In this document: positions 7,972 through 17,579 of the stretch, one piece after another | Numbering within the stretch: position 1 is the stretch's first letter | How the letters are laid out: every line of letters starts with the position of its first letter | Assembly (NCBI GenBank): GCA_038063815.1 | Contig: JBBTUJ010000003.1 | Coordinates: 12,965 to 76,964 of the forward strand | Source of the DNA: Patescibacteria group bacterium | Lineage (GTDB): Bacteria > Patescibacteriota > Minisyncoccia > Phycocordibacterales > EsbW-18 | Length of the DNA stretch: 64,000 bases | Direction: 5' to 3' | The notes under the pieces: generated by a model | The model's input: only the letters and a program-made list of their open reading frames with translations | Told to the model about the DNA's origin: nothing | The model's database searches: none | Made by a program: the position numbers and the translations under genes

Positions 7972-9348
7972 ATGACAACAACAACGACCACTCCCACCGA
8001 CACAAAGTCATTGTGGAAACATGTTCTCTCCGGCGTCGAGATTGTTGTGTCGAAACCCGTATTTCGAACATGGTTCAAGGGTACACACATCGTTCGTGTT
8101 GATGATGGGGTTGTCTATATTGGTGTTCCAAACCTTTTTGCAAAGGATTGGATTTCGTCAAAACATCACAAGACGATACTCCGGCTCTTGCGTGAGGTCT
8201 CAGACATCGTCCGTTCAGCAGAATATGTTATCTCAACCAAGGCTCCCGAGGACGCAACACTTCCGACCCTGACGCGCGAAGACGCGCTTCCACAATCGTT
8301 CGGTGAGTTGCCACTCAAAGATCTCTACATCAACAGGGCGGACAACTTGAATCCGCGCTACACGTTCGACTCATTTGTTGTTGGTTCGTTCAACGAACTC
8401 GCACATGCCGCCGCACAGGCAATCCTTGAGCGTCCTGGTATGCGCTATAACCCGCTCTTTGTGTATGGACAAACAGGACACGGAAAAACACACCTTATCC
8501 AGGCAATCGGAAACGAGATAAAAAAGAGATTCCCTGACAAAAAGGTGTTTTATGTTACCTCTGAACGGTTTTCTCAGGAGCTGGTGAATGCGATACAAAC
8601 GAATGCTGTTGGGGCATTCAAGGAAAAGTATCGAAAATTCGATGTTTTGATCATGGACGATGTGCAGTTTCTTTCAAGTAAGGAAAAGACGCAGGAAGAA
8701 CTCTTCCACACATTTAATGATATCTACGAGAAGAACGGTCAGATTATTTTTTCATCTGATCGTCATCCCAACTACATCTCTTCGATTGCAGATCGGTTGA
8801 AATCTCGCTTCAACGCTGGAATGACTGTTGATATCCCGCCCCCTGACGCAGAGTCCCGGATGGCAATCGTCAAATCAAAAGCGTCAGAAAACGGCATCAC
8901 CCTTCCTCAAGAAACACTCATGTTCCTCGCCACATCGATTGAAGGAAACATCCGCGAGCTTGAGGGGGCACTCAATTCACTTCTTGTACAAACACACATG
9001 AAGAAGCGCGATCTCACACTCGCCGAGATTAAAGAGATCATAAAAAACAACGTACGCCCCAAGAAGATGGTTGCGGTCAAAGAGGTGGTTAAGATTGTGT
9101 CTGGATTCTATAACCTCGACGAGGAAAGTATTTATAAGAAAAGCCGAAAAAAGGAGGTGGTTAGGCCTCGTCAAATCATCATGTATCTTCTCCGGGAGGA
9201 TTTTGCGCTTCCGTATCCGTCGATAGGACAGAAGATGGGTGGTAGAGACCACACAACAGTTATTCACTCATATGAGAAGGTTAAGGAAGATATCAAAACA
9301 GACCACCAACTAGAACAAGAGATCGCACAACTGCGTGCGATGCTCTGA
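7972..9348 (+). CDS. dnaA: chromosomal replication initiator protein DnaA
   Basis: AAA+ Walker A 'GQTGHGKTHL', C-terminal DnaA-box-binding domain, classic position. Confidence 0.95.
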   Translation: MTTTTTTPTDTKSLWKHVLSGVEIVVSKPVFRTWFKGTHIVRVDDGVVYIGVPNLFAKDWISSKHHKTILRLLREVSDIVRSAEYVISTKAPEDATLPTLTREDALPQSFGELPLKDLYINRADNLNPRYTFDSFVVGSFNELAHAAAQAILERPGMRYNPLFVYGQTGHGKTHLIQAIGNEIKKRFPDKKVFYVTSERFSQELVNAIQTNAVGAFKEKYRKFDVLIMDDVQFLSSKEKTQEELFHTFNDIYEKNGQIIFSSDRHPNYISSIADRLKSRFNAGMTVDIPPPDAESRMAIVKSKASENGITLPQETLMFLATSIEGNIRELEGALNSLLVQTHMKKRDLTLAEIKEIIKNNVRPKKMVAVKEVVKIVSGFYNLDEESIYKKSRKKEVVRPRQIIMYLLREDFALPYPSIGQKMGGRDHTTVIHSYEKVKEDIKTDHQLEQEIAQLRAML

Positions 9349-9356
9349 TAAGGGTG

Positions 9357-9502
9357 GATTTATCCAGCACTTACATTACTGTTATGTTTTTGTTACCAAA
9401 ACAACCCCAGAAGACAGAGAGTTATCGTTTGGTATTTTGGGGTTGTGTACGTGTTTTATAAAAACACAACATAACAACAGTAATGTAAGTGCTGGATAAA
9501 TC
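9357..9502. repeat. long imperfect palindrome (32-nt arms, 24 bp perfect core) in the dnaA-dnaN spacer; oriC-associated candidate
   Basis: left GATTTATCCAGCACTTACATTACTGTTATGTT pairs with right AACATAACAACAGTAATGTAAGTGCTGGATAAATC, which has a 3-nt bulge; inner palindrome GTGTTTTATAAAAACAC; arm ends carry TTATCCAGC (DnaA-box-like, 2 mismatches). Confidence 0.6.
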
Positions 9503-9754
9503 TGTGGAGAGGTGTGGGTGAAGGGTGGGGTTAAGTTGTTGGTAGTGTGTGAAGAAAATCGGTGTTTTTAAGAAAAAGACAGAATAAGCAAAAACTAACC
9601 GTCAGTTCTTCATACATAAAGTATCAGTAATGCACATGTGCGTATCTAAAAACAAGAGCCCCGCCTTCAGTTTAGATACTTTTTAACATATCCACGCACA
9701 TAATAGTAATAATAATCTTTTATTTATAAAGAATAGAAACAAGGTATCAACACC

Positions 9755-10855
9755 ATGAAAGCAACCCTTCCAACCAGAGATTTTCAAATAGCTGTTTCAA
9801 ACGCGGGACGTGTTACAGGAAAACATCTTTCACTTCCGATACTCCGCTGTCTTCTTGTTGTGACAACAAAAAACGAGATTACGATTCGTGCAACAAATCT
9901 TGATCTGGGAATCGAGATACGGATTCCCGCACGGGTTGAGAAGGAAGGCGTGTTTGCTGTTCCTGCAGACGTACTCGACGCGTTCGTTTCGAACATCTCA
10001 TCAGGAGACGTGCTCACCATATCCCACGAGGGGTCAACACTTCATCTCTCGACCCCAAAAACAAAAGCAAAGATTGGGACGTTCTCTCACGAGGATTTTC
10101 CGTCGCTTCCCGCGGTGCCGGACGAAGAACATTTTACTGTCGGCGCTGGAGAATTTGCGGGGGCACTCCGAAGTGTGTCCTGGGCCGCCTCTGCATCAAG
10201 TATCAAACCAGAGCTCGGGAGCGTGTATCTTTATCCGAACGGTGACGAACTCGTGTTCGTCGCGACCGACTCATTTCGCCTTGCTGAAAAAAAGATTCCC
10301 GCAAAACCCTCAAAGAAATTTGAATCGCTTTTGATTCCACTACGGAACGTGACGGAGATCATCCGCCACCTCGAGGAATCGAAAAGGGATGTTGTTATCC
10401 GTGGAGACGGACACCAGATTGCACTTACACTCGACGGAACGTATATCACGTCGCGCGTCATCGAGGGGGTGTTTCCTGACTATCACCAAATTATTCCAAA
10501 AACACACGATACCGACGCCGTTCTTTTAAAACAAGATCTTGCTGACGCGCTCAAACAACTCCGTGTCTTTTCGGACCAATTCAATAAACTCACCGCATCC
10601 ATTGACCCGAAGAAAAAGACCTTCACGCTCGCAAGCGCAAACCAAACAACAGGAGAGAGTATTGTGACCCTAGACGCGGCGCTTTCGGGGGAACCTTTGG
10701 AACTTCACTTCAACCTTCTTTTTGTGAGCGATTGTCTTCAGTCGGTGAGAACAGACAGCGTCAAAATCGAATTTGGAGGCGGAGGTAAGCCCGCACGGAT
10801 TACTCCGATTGGCGATGCGTCATTTGTATACATCGTCATGCCGATGAATAGGTAG
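9755..10855 (+). CDS. dnaN: DNA polymerase III beta sliding clamp
   Basis: 366 aa, three-domain clamp-like, directly downstream of dnaA. Confidence 0.85.
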   Translation: MKATLPTRDFQIAVSNAGRVTGKHLSLPILRCLLVVTTKNEITIRATNLDLGIEIRIPARVEKEGVFAVPADVLDAFVSNISSGDVLTISHEGSTLHLSTPKTKAKIGTFSHEDFPSLPAVPDEEHFTVGAGEFAGALRSVSWAASASSIKPELGSVYLYPNGDELVFVATDSFRLAEKKIPAKPSKKFESLLIPLRNVTEIIRHLEESKRDVVIRGDGHQIALTLDGTYITSRVIEGVFPDYHQIIPKTHDTDAVLLKQDLADALKQLRVFSDQFNKLTASIDPKKKTFTLASANQTTGESIVTLDAALSGEPLELHFNLLFVSDCLQSVRTDSVKIEFGGGGKPARITPIGDASFVYIVMPMNR

Positions 10856-10870
10856 TGCCCCAATTGCCCC

Positions 10871-11128
10871 ATGAATCCCATCAAAGACCTCCTCTCTCTG
10901 TATAAACGCCTCACACCGCCAAATGGTGCGCTTCGCGGTGCCGTTGCCTCTGGAATAGAGAGTGTTCTTAATGTGAAGGTTCCTCAAAGCGCAATCACAA
11001 TTACTCGCGACGCGGCGTACCTTTCTGTTGATGCGTCGCTGAAGGCCGCCATTTTTATGAAACGCGATGCGGTTTTAACCGACATCGCTGCGCGTGTTGG
11101 AGAAGGGAGGGTGCGGACAATCCACTAG
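10871..11128 (+). CDS. small hypothetical protein downstream of dnaN (position suggests DUF721/DciA-like)
   Basis: 85 aa; only positional inference. Confidence 0.3.
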   Translation: MNPIKDLLSLYKRLTPPNGALRGAVASGIESVLNVKVPQSAITITRDAAYLSVDASLKAAIFMKRDAVLTDIAARVGEGRVRTIH

Positions 11129-11132
11129 TGAC

Positions 11133-13313
11133 CTAGTTATTATTTAGAGGAATCAATTTTCCTTTTTCTCCGTATCCGTTTGCAACGGCCCACGCGCGTA
11201 CCGATGATTCCCAACGTGTGAATTGCGGGTCATTTCCGGGGTTGTCCGGTTCCGGACCCTGCGGATCGTCTTTTTCTACCCAATATAAGATTGAGTGCAC
11301 GTCTTGTTTTACGTACTCACGTCTTCGAGACGCAGGTGTGTTGTCGTTTGCGGGTTTCCCTGTTTTTGTATCAACGGTGACCATCTCACCACCTTGCCAA
11401 ATCCCACGAAGGACTGGTTTAACGTCTTCTTCGTATGTTGGTGATGCAAAGCCCGTCTCGGGGAATTTTTGAAGCGCAAACTCCATGAACTCGTGCCACA
11501 AAGGAGCGATAATAAACCCAGCAACCTTTTTTTCCATCGGCGTGTTGTCATTGTTTCCCGCCCATGCACCCGCGGAAATCGATGGTGTGTATCCGATAAT
11601 CCACGCATCCCGATAATCGTTTGTTGTTCCTGTTTTTGCAGCGACCTGTTTGCCAGGGAAGTACAAAGATGAGCGTTCACCGAATGCCGGTGTCCGTGCG
11701 GTATTATCAGAAAGAATATCGGACATCTGGAGCGCGATGTTTCTATCAATGACACGGAACGATCGCGCGTTAAACTCTTCAAGCACCCTTCCTGTGCTAT
11801 CTTCAATTTTGAGGATTGGTGTTGTTGGATTACGTGAGCCGTCGTTCGCAAAGACGCTGTATGCGCTCGTGAGCTCCAAGAGGGTCACCTCACCTCCTCC
11901 AAGGACCAAGGTGAGCCCGTACCGTGCCGGGTCTGCAAGAGTTGTGATACCCATATCGCGCGCCGTTTTAAGCGATTCGGTGAGTCCTGCAAGGTACACA
12001 GCTTCGACCGCAGGAACGTTCACGGACTGTGCGAGGGCCTGTCGTATCGTCATTGGACCACGGAACAAGAGATCGTAATTTTTCGGGCTATAACACGGAG
12101 ATATATTCGACATGCTCGATGCCGGACATGCCGTTGAGAATTGTGTTGGTACGTCAAAGAGTACTGTGTCCGGCGTGTACCCCTTTTTAAACGCCGTTGC
12201 GTAGACGAACGGCTTGAACGCAGATCCTGGCTGGCGAAGCGCGAGTGTTATGTTCACGTTGCCGTCGATATCTTTATCAAAGTAGTCGCGCGACCCGACC
12301 ATCGTCAAGATCTGTCCTGTTTTTGGATCAAGTGCAACAAGGCTGGCGTTTTCCGCATTGAATTTTTCTTTGTTTTGAAGTGCCCCCTTCAAAATGATTT
12401 CCTCCGCTTTTTCCTGAAGCTCGTAATCAAGTGTCGTGATGACGTTGAGACCCCGCGAGTCGATGCCGCCCGAGCCGTACTTTTTTTCAAGATAACTTTT
12501 CACATAAAAAACAAAGTGTGGAGCGAGAATACCTTTCTCTGGTTGCGGCTGGAATGTCACCACTTCTTTCTCTGCGGAAGCCCGGTCTTCTTCGGTGATA
12601 AATCCAAGCTCAACCATGCGTCGCAACACGACATTTTTTCTGGCGTCTAACTCTTTGAGATTGTCTCCGTACGGAGAAAAGTATGTTGGTGCTTGAGGAA
12701 GCGCCGCGAGGTACGCGGACTCTGTGAGTGTGAGATCAGATGCTGACTTGTTAAAAAACCGCCGGCTTGCTTCCTCGATGCCATAAACAGACCCACCGTA
12801 TGGCGCCTCATTCAAATAGAGCGAGAGAATCTCTTCTTTTGAGAGTGCTTGTTCGAGTTTGATGGCCAAAACCCACTCCTTGAGTTTTCGGGTAATTGTT
12901 TTCTCTGTCGTCAAAAGAGAGTTCTTGACCACCTGCTGTGTGATTGTTGACCCACCTTGAGAAAAACCAATTGAAGTGATATTCACAAAAACGGCACGGA
13001 TAATCGCAGAGACCTTGATACCGCCATGTTGATAGAACTCAGCGTCTTCGATCGCAACTGTCGCATTCTTTACATGTCGCGAGATGGAGTCAAAAGGAAT
13101 GACGGTTCTGCGCACATTCTCGTGAAGGTCGTAGAGAAGTATCTTTCCTGTTCTGTCGAAGATCTTTGTTGACTGCTCGACTTTCCGCTCGGTAGCAACA
13201 TCAAAATCAGGAAGACGGATTGACGCCGCAAACAGAAGAAGACCACCCCCAACAAGGGCAACGAAGGCCCCTGCGGCAAAAAGAAGCGTCCGTTTCAACT
13301 GTTTTCGTCTCAT
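11133..13313 (-). CDS. class A penicillin-binding protein (transglycosylase + transpeptidase)
   Basis: GT51 motif 'GGSTITQQ', SxxK 'SAFKPFVY', 'SDN', 'KTGTT'; N-terminal TM anchor. Confidence 0.9.
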   Translation of the reverse strand: MRRKQLKRTLLFAAGAFVALVGGGLLLFAASIRLPDFDVATERKVEQSTKIFDRTGKILLYDLHENVRRTVIPFDSISRHVKNATVAIEDAEFYQHGGIKVSAIIRAVFVNITSIGFSQGGSTITQQVVKNSLLTTEKTITRKLKEWVLAIKLEQALSKEEILSLYLNEAPYGGSVYGIEEASRRFFNKSASDLTLTESAYLAALPQAPTYFSPYGDNLKELDARKNVVLRRMVELGFITEEDRASAEKEVVTFQPQPEKGILAPHFVFYVKSYLEKKYGSGGIDSRGLNVITTLDYELQEKAEEIILKGALQNKEKFNAENASLVALDPKTGQILTMVGSRDYFDKDIDGNVNITLALRQPGSAFKPFVYATAFKKGYTPDTVLFDVPTQFSTACPASSMSNISPCYSPKNYDLLFRGPMTIRQALAQSVNVPAVEAVYLAGLTESLKTARDMGITTLADPARYGLTLVLGGGEVTLLELTSAYSVFANDGSRNPTTPILKIEDSTGRVLEEFNARSFRVIDRNIALQMSDILSDNTARTPAFGERSSLYFPGKQVAAKTGTTNDYRDAWIIGYTPSISAGAWAGNNDNTPMEKKVAGFIIAPLWHEFMEFALQKFPETGFASPTYEEDVKPVLRGIWQGGEMVTVDTKTGKPANDNTPASRRREYVKQDVHSILYWVEKDDPQGPEPDNPGNDPQFTRWESSVRAWAVANGYGEKGKLIPLNNN

Positions 13314-13376
13314 GTGTGGATAGTATACAACACCACATACAAGGAGGCCTTTTGTGGGCTATGGTATGCTTCACAT

Positions 13377-14600
13377 ATGAGACGATTAAAATCCAAAGTC
13401 ATTACAGACCCTGCGCGGGTAGACCGTCTTCTTTCGCGCGGCATTGCCGAGATTGTGGACAAGGCGCACCTTAAGGCAGCCCTTCTTTCGGGAAAGCAAC
13501 TTCGGATAAAACTCGGGATCGATCCGACGGGCGAGAATCTTCACCTCGGGCACAGTATCAATCTCCTCAAACTCAAGGATTTTCAGGATCTCGGGCACCA
13601 AATCGTTTTTATCATTGGCGACGCGACGGCGGAGGTTGGTGACACATCGGATAAGGACTCCGAGCGGCCGATGTTGGTGAAAAAAGAGATACAAAAGAAC
13701 AAAAAGACATACCTTGCGCAGGTCGGAAAGATTATCGACCTTTCGTGCGCAGAGGTCGAACACAACGGAAAATGGTTGAATAAGTTGACATTCCGCGATA
13801 TCGGCGAGCAGGCGAATCTTTTTTCGGTGTCTGACTTTATTTCGCGCGATAACATCAAACGTCGTCTTACGGCGGGGAAACGGGTTTCCTTACGCGAAAC
13901 ACTCTATCCTCTCATGCAAGGGTATGACAGTGTTGCTGTCCGGGCGAACGTTGAGCTTGGCGGCACGGATCAGTGGTTCAATCTCTTGGCGGGGCGCGTG
14001 ATGCAGGAATACTACAAACAGGAACCGCAGGATATTCTTATCACACGAATACTCACGGCCGGTGACGGAAGAAAAATGAGCAAGTCCTTGGGAAACACAA
14101 TCAATATCCTCGACGCGGCAGAGGACATGTATGGAAAAGCAATGCGGATTGATGACGTGCTTATCACCGAGTATATGGAACTAACGACACGGATTCCTGA
14201 AGAAGAGATTCTTGAGTACAAACAACGTCTCGTTGCGGGAGAGAATCCGAAGAACATAAAGCAGATTCTTGCACGCGTCCTCGTTTCCACGTACCACTCG
14301 GAAAAAGATGCAACAAAAGCAGAAGACGCATTTCAAAAGACATTCTCTGAGAAGAAAATGCCGGACACCATGCCCGAGGTTTTGATAGAAGAGGGCGAGA
14401 CGCTTGAGAATGCGCTGCCCACAACTCTTATGTCTTCGAAATCACATCTGCGGCGTCTGGTTGCACAGGGCGCAGTTCACGACATGGAAAGTGGAGAGAA
14501 GATTAAAGATTCAAAAAGGCGTATTGTTGTCCCCCTTATCTTAAAACTCGGAAAACGGACATTTGTGCGGATTACTGTGCGGAAGAAAAAGAAAGAATAG
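13377..14600 (+). CDS. tyrS: tyrosine--tRNA ligase
   Basis: HIGH motif 'LHLGH', 'KMSKS' present; start taken at the ATG at 13377, since the ORF-track GTG at 13314 abuts the PBP start. Confidence 0.9.
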   Translation: MRRLKSKVITDPARVDRLLSRGIAEIVDKAHLKAALLSGKQLRIKLGIDPTGENLHLGHSINLLKLKDFQDLGHQIVFIIGDATAEVGDTSDKDSERPMLVKKEIQKNKKTYLAQVGKIIDLSCAEVEHNGKWLNKLTFRDIGEQANLFSVSDFISRDNIKRRLTAGKRVSLRETLYPLMQGYDSVAVRANVELGGTDQWFNLLAGRVMQEYYKQEPQDILITRILTAGDGRKMSKSLGNTINILDAAEDMYGKAMRIDDVLITEYMELTTRIPEEEILEYKQRLVAGENPKNIKQILARVLVSTYHSEKDATKAEDAFQKTFSEKKMPDTMPEVLIEEGETLENALPTTLMSSKSHLRRLVAQGAVHDMESGEKIKDSKRRIVVPLILKLGKRTFVRITVRKKKKE

Positions 14601-14610
14601 ACAGAAACAC

Positions 14611-14640
14611 AAAAGCCCCATTCGGGGCTTTTGTGTTTGA
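14611..14640. terminator. rho-independent bidirectional terminator
   Basis: AAAAGCCCCattcGGGGCTTTTgtgttt between convergent genes. Confidence 0.75.
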
Positions 14641-14871
14641 TTACATCTCTTCGCTTTCGCTTCCCATTCCTCCAAGATCGTCTGGGTCAGGTTCGTCACC
14701 GTCGATGTCACCAACGGGCTTCTTCTTGGTCGGGTCAACGGGGGCCAGTGGGTCAACCTCTTCGTCGACTTCTTCTTCGCCCACAGGGTCATCTACCATC
14801 GCCGTCTCAAGGTCCACCTCTATTGTTGCTTCGAACATTTGTGAAAAGTTATGTCTATAATTTGCCGCCAT
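14641..14871 (-). CDS. small highly acidic hypothetical protein
   Basis: 76 aa, D/E-rich; alternative + ORFs overlap it, so it is uncertain. Confidence 0.3.
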   Translation of the reverse strand: MAANYRHNFSQMFEATIEVDLETAMVDDPVGEEEVDEEVDPLAPVDPTKKKPVGDIDGDEPDPDDLGGMGSESEEM

Positions 14872-14954
14872 CTCTGTGGCGACACTGTTGTATCAAATAT
14901 GGTGTTCCGCTGTCAACAGGGATTGTATCGTAGTGTGGATAAGGGGGCGCTCAA

Positions 14955-15043
14955 GTCGGATTCCGGGAACACGCGTCCGTGCTTGCTAGCCCGGCGCTCA
15001 CGCTCGACCTCGACGGTCTCCGCGAGTTTCCCGGAATCCGACT
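14955..15043. repeat. inverted repeat (15 bp perfect, about 27 bp imperfect) downstream of ruvC
   Basis: GTCGGATTCCGGGAA ... TTCCCGGAATCCGAC separated by about 60 nt. Confidence 0.5.
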
Positions 15044-15079
15044 TTCGCTCTTGTCGGTAAATGCAAATGCCAATACGTC

Positions 15080-15550
15080 CTAGAGCCGGCTGCTCACCAT
15101 GTGTGTGAGCGCAACCGCGATCGCGTCATATTCATCGTCGTGTGTTTTTTTAACCGAAAACGAGAGGAGCCGATGAAGCATTTCGGTAACGGCTCTCTTG
15201 TCACTTTTGCCATACCCCGTAACGGCTGCCTTAACCGCTGAGGGTGTGTATTCGGCAACAGAGAGGCCGCGTTCGTGGGCGAGAGAAAGAAGCGCGCCAC
15301 GAACCTCGGAGACCCGCATCGCTGTCTTTTGATTTGCTGTTACAAAAAGATTCTCGAACGCCGCCGATGTCGGCTCAAACTCCTTTATAATTTTTCCTAC
15401 TTGCGCGACGCACTCTCCCAGGCGAGGAATGAATTCTTTTGCGAGAGGTGTAAAACATTCCGAATGGAGAACGTGTTGTTTGTTTGCGTCTCCCTCGAGG
15501 ATGGCGATGCCCAAGCGTTCATATCCGGGATCAATACCGAGAACCTTCAT
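15080..15550 (-). CDS. ruvC: Holliday junction resolvase RuvC
   Basis: 'MKVLGIDPGYERLGIAILEG' RNase H-like fold motif. Confidence 0.9.
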   Translation of the reverse strand: MKVLGIDPGYERLGIAILEGDANKQHVLHSECFTPLAKEFIPRLGECVAQVGKIIKEFEPTSAAFENLFVTANQKTAMRVSEVRGALLSLAHERGLSVAEYTPSAVKAAVTGYGKSDKRAVTEMLHRLLSFSVKKTHDDEYDAIAVALTHMVSSRL

Positions 15551-15627
15551 AGTAGTTTATTAGTTTAATAGTTACGCCTTGCTTTAGTTTATTTGTTTCA
15601 AACCAATAAACTAACGGACTAATAAAC
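15551..15627. promoter_or_regulatory. AT-rich yebC-ruvC spacer with two symmetric AGTTTATT / AATAAACT inverted-repeat pairs (candidate operator)
   Basis: tagtttattagtttaatag...tagtttatttg...ccaataaacta...ctaataaactta. Confidence 0.35.
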
Positions 15628-16152
15628 TTACTCTGCGTTGGTGTACACCTCCTGGACATCATCATAATCACGAAGCACCTCAAGAAGCGTTTGAAGCGCT
15701 GCGCCATCTTCTGCGGAGAGGGGAATCGTTGTTCCTGGCACGTATCCTTCCTCACCTTTTGTGAACGCCCAAAGCGCCGCACCAGGAGCGGCAAGTGTTC
15801 CGCCGTGTTTTGAGAGAAGGTGTTTTACTTCAGCGGATGTTCTGTTCTTGCTGTCCGTGAGCCCTTCGATGACGATGGCACACCCTCCTGGCCCATATGC
15901 TTCGTAAACAACCTTTTCATCCGCGCCTCCGGCGGTTGCACTTGCAATCGCTCGTTCGATATTTTCTTTCGGCATGTTCGCCGCTTTTGCTTTTTCAATC
16001 GCCGATTTGAGCGCGGGCGAATTCGGGTCGCCTTTTGCGATACGTGCCTCAACCTTAATAAGTTTTACAAGTTTGGTGAAGAGATTACTCTTCTTTGCGT
16101 CGGTCGCACCTTTCTTCTCTTTTATTTGGCTCCATTTATTGTGTCCTGACAT
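15628..16152 (-). CDS. yebC: YebC/PmpR-family transcriptional regulator (short form)
   Basis: 'MSGHNKWSQIKEKKGATDAKKSNLFTKL...' conserved N-terminus; upstream of ruvC as in many bacteria. Confidence 0.85.
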   Translation of the reverse strand: MSGHNKWSQIKEKKGATDAKKSNLFTKLVKLIKVEARIAKGDPNSPALKSAIEKAKAANMPKENIERAIASATAGGADEKVVYEAYGPGGCAIVIEGLTDSKNRTSAEVKHLLSKHGGTLAAPGAALWAFTKGEEGYVPGTTIPLSAEDGAALQTLLEVLRDYDDVQEVYTNAE

Positions 16153-16161
16153 TGTTTTGTA

Positions 16162-17169
16162 TTACAAAAGTACGTCTTGATTTCCTACGGCGCCCACATG
16201 ATCGCGCGCGCGCGCTGTTGCGATGCGGCCGCGTGGAGTGCGCTCGATGAATCCGATTTGCATCAAATATGGTTCGTGGACTTCCTCAACGGTTGCGCTG
16301 TCTTCCGCAAGCGCGGCCGCAAGGGTCGAGAGGCCAACGGGACCACCGCCGAACTTATCAAGAAGCACTCGAAGGAGCGTTCTGTCCGCGTGGTTAAGGC
16401 CTCGTTCGTCTACACCCAAGAGTTTGAGCGCGTTTTGAACTGTTTCGTGATCAAGATCTGTTTTGTGGATTTGTGCGAAGTCGCGACAGCGTTTCAAAAG
16501 GTAGTTTGCGGTTCGTGGTGTCGCGCGTGCTCTGCCTGCAATTTCCTGAAGTGCTTTTGGATGTGCGGAAACTCCAAGAACTTCTGCGGAGCGCTTCAAT
16601 ATCGAGAGAATTTCTTCTTCTGTATAAAAATCGAGGCGAAACACACCACCAGAAAAGCGAGAACGAAGAGGAGATGAAAGAAGTGCGATACGTGTAGTTG
16701 CGGCAACAAGTGTGAATGGTGGCAACTCGAGTTGCACGGTGCGCGCGGAAGGACCTTTGCCAATGATGATGTCGAGGCGGCTTGATTCCATTGCTGGATA
16801 GAGGACTTCTTCAATCGCGCGGTTCAATCGGTGTATCTCGTCGATAAAAAGAACATCGCCAGGTGAGAGATTTGTGAGGATCGATGCGAGATCGCTCACG
16901 CGCTCGATCGCGGGGCCCGAGGTGACCTTCAGAGATGTCCCAATCTCGCGCGCAATCAAATGCGCTAAGGTTGTCTTTCCCAAACCCGCGGGTCCGTAGA
17001 AGAGAAGGTGCTCGGGGGAGTGCCCACGTTCTTTTGCGGCGGAGAGGAGGATACGCAAATTGGCCTTTATTTGGGGCTGTCCAATGTATTCGTCCCAAAG
17101 GGCAGGGCGGAGAGCCGCGTCCAAAAAAAGGTCTGCTGCGGGCTCTGGTTTTAGGGGCTCACTTGACAT
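16162..17169 (-). CDS. ruvB: Holliday junction branch-migration helicase RuvB
   Basis: '[19 protein letters not shown]' Walker A, AAA+. Confidence 0.95.
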   Translation of the reverse strand: MSSEPLKPEPAADLFLDAALRPALWDEYIGQPQIKANLRILLSAAKERGHSPEHLLFYGPAGLGKTTLAHLIAREIGTSLKVTSGPAIERVSDLASILTNLSPGDVLFIDEIHRLNRAIEEVLYPAMESSRLDIIIGKGPSARTVQLELPPFTLVAATTRIALLSSPLRSRFSGGVFRLDFYTEEEILSILKRSAEVLGVSAHPKALQEIAGRARATPRTANYLLKRCRDFAQIHKTDLDHETVQNALKLLGVDERGLNHADRTLLRVLLDKFGGGPVGLSTLAAALAEDSATVEEVHEPYLMQIGFIERTPRGRIATARARDHVGAVGNQDVLL

Positions 17170-17513
17170 ATTAAAAATGGTATGCTAGGATACCCATGCG
17201 TACATGAGGATTTCTTGACATGTCCGCGTGAACATTCAAAACTAGTGCTTCGCGTAGTGTGGGTACGTTTTAAAACGCTCCAAGCAAAAAAGAGGTTATC
17301 GACCCGCCCGAGGCGGGTAAATAAAGAGAGCAGGCGAGAAACCTCTGAGCAAACGTCATACGCCCGTATGCTCATCATCGGTGAGGAACCGTTGGTTGAT
17401 TTGAACTCGTTTCAAGCCAGCGAACAGTCCCCTTAACAGATATGAGGCTTTGCTCAGAGATTTCTCTTCTGGTCACGTGCAGTCAAACTTCATCCATCAT
17501 ACTCCTTTTTATG

Positions 17514-17552
17514 AAAAAAGAAAGTGCACACAACATTGTGCACTTTCTTTTT
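17514..17552. terminator. palindromic bidirectional terminator
   Basis: AAAAAGAAAGTGCACAacaaTGTGCACTTTCTTTTTTT. Confidence 0.7.
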
Positions 17553-17579
17553 TTGTGGTGTTTCAAAAATGAAAAAAAT

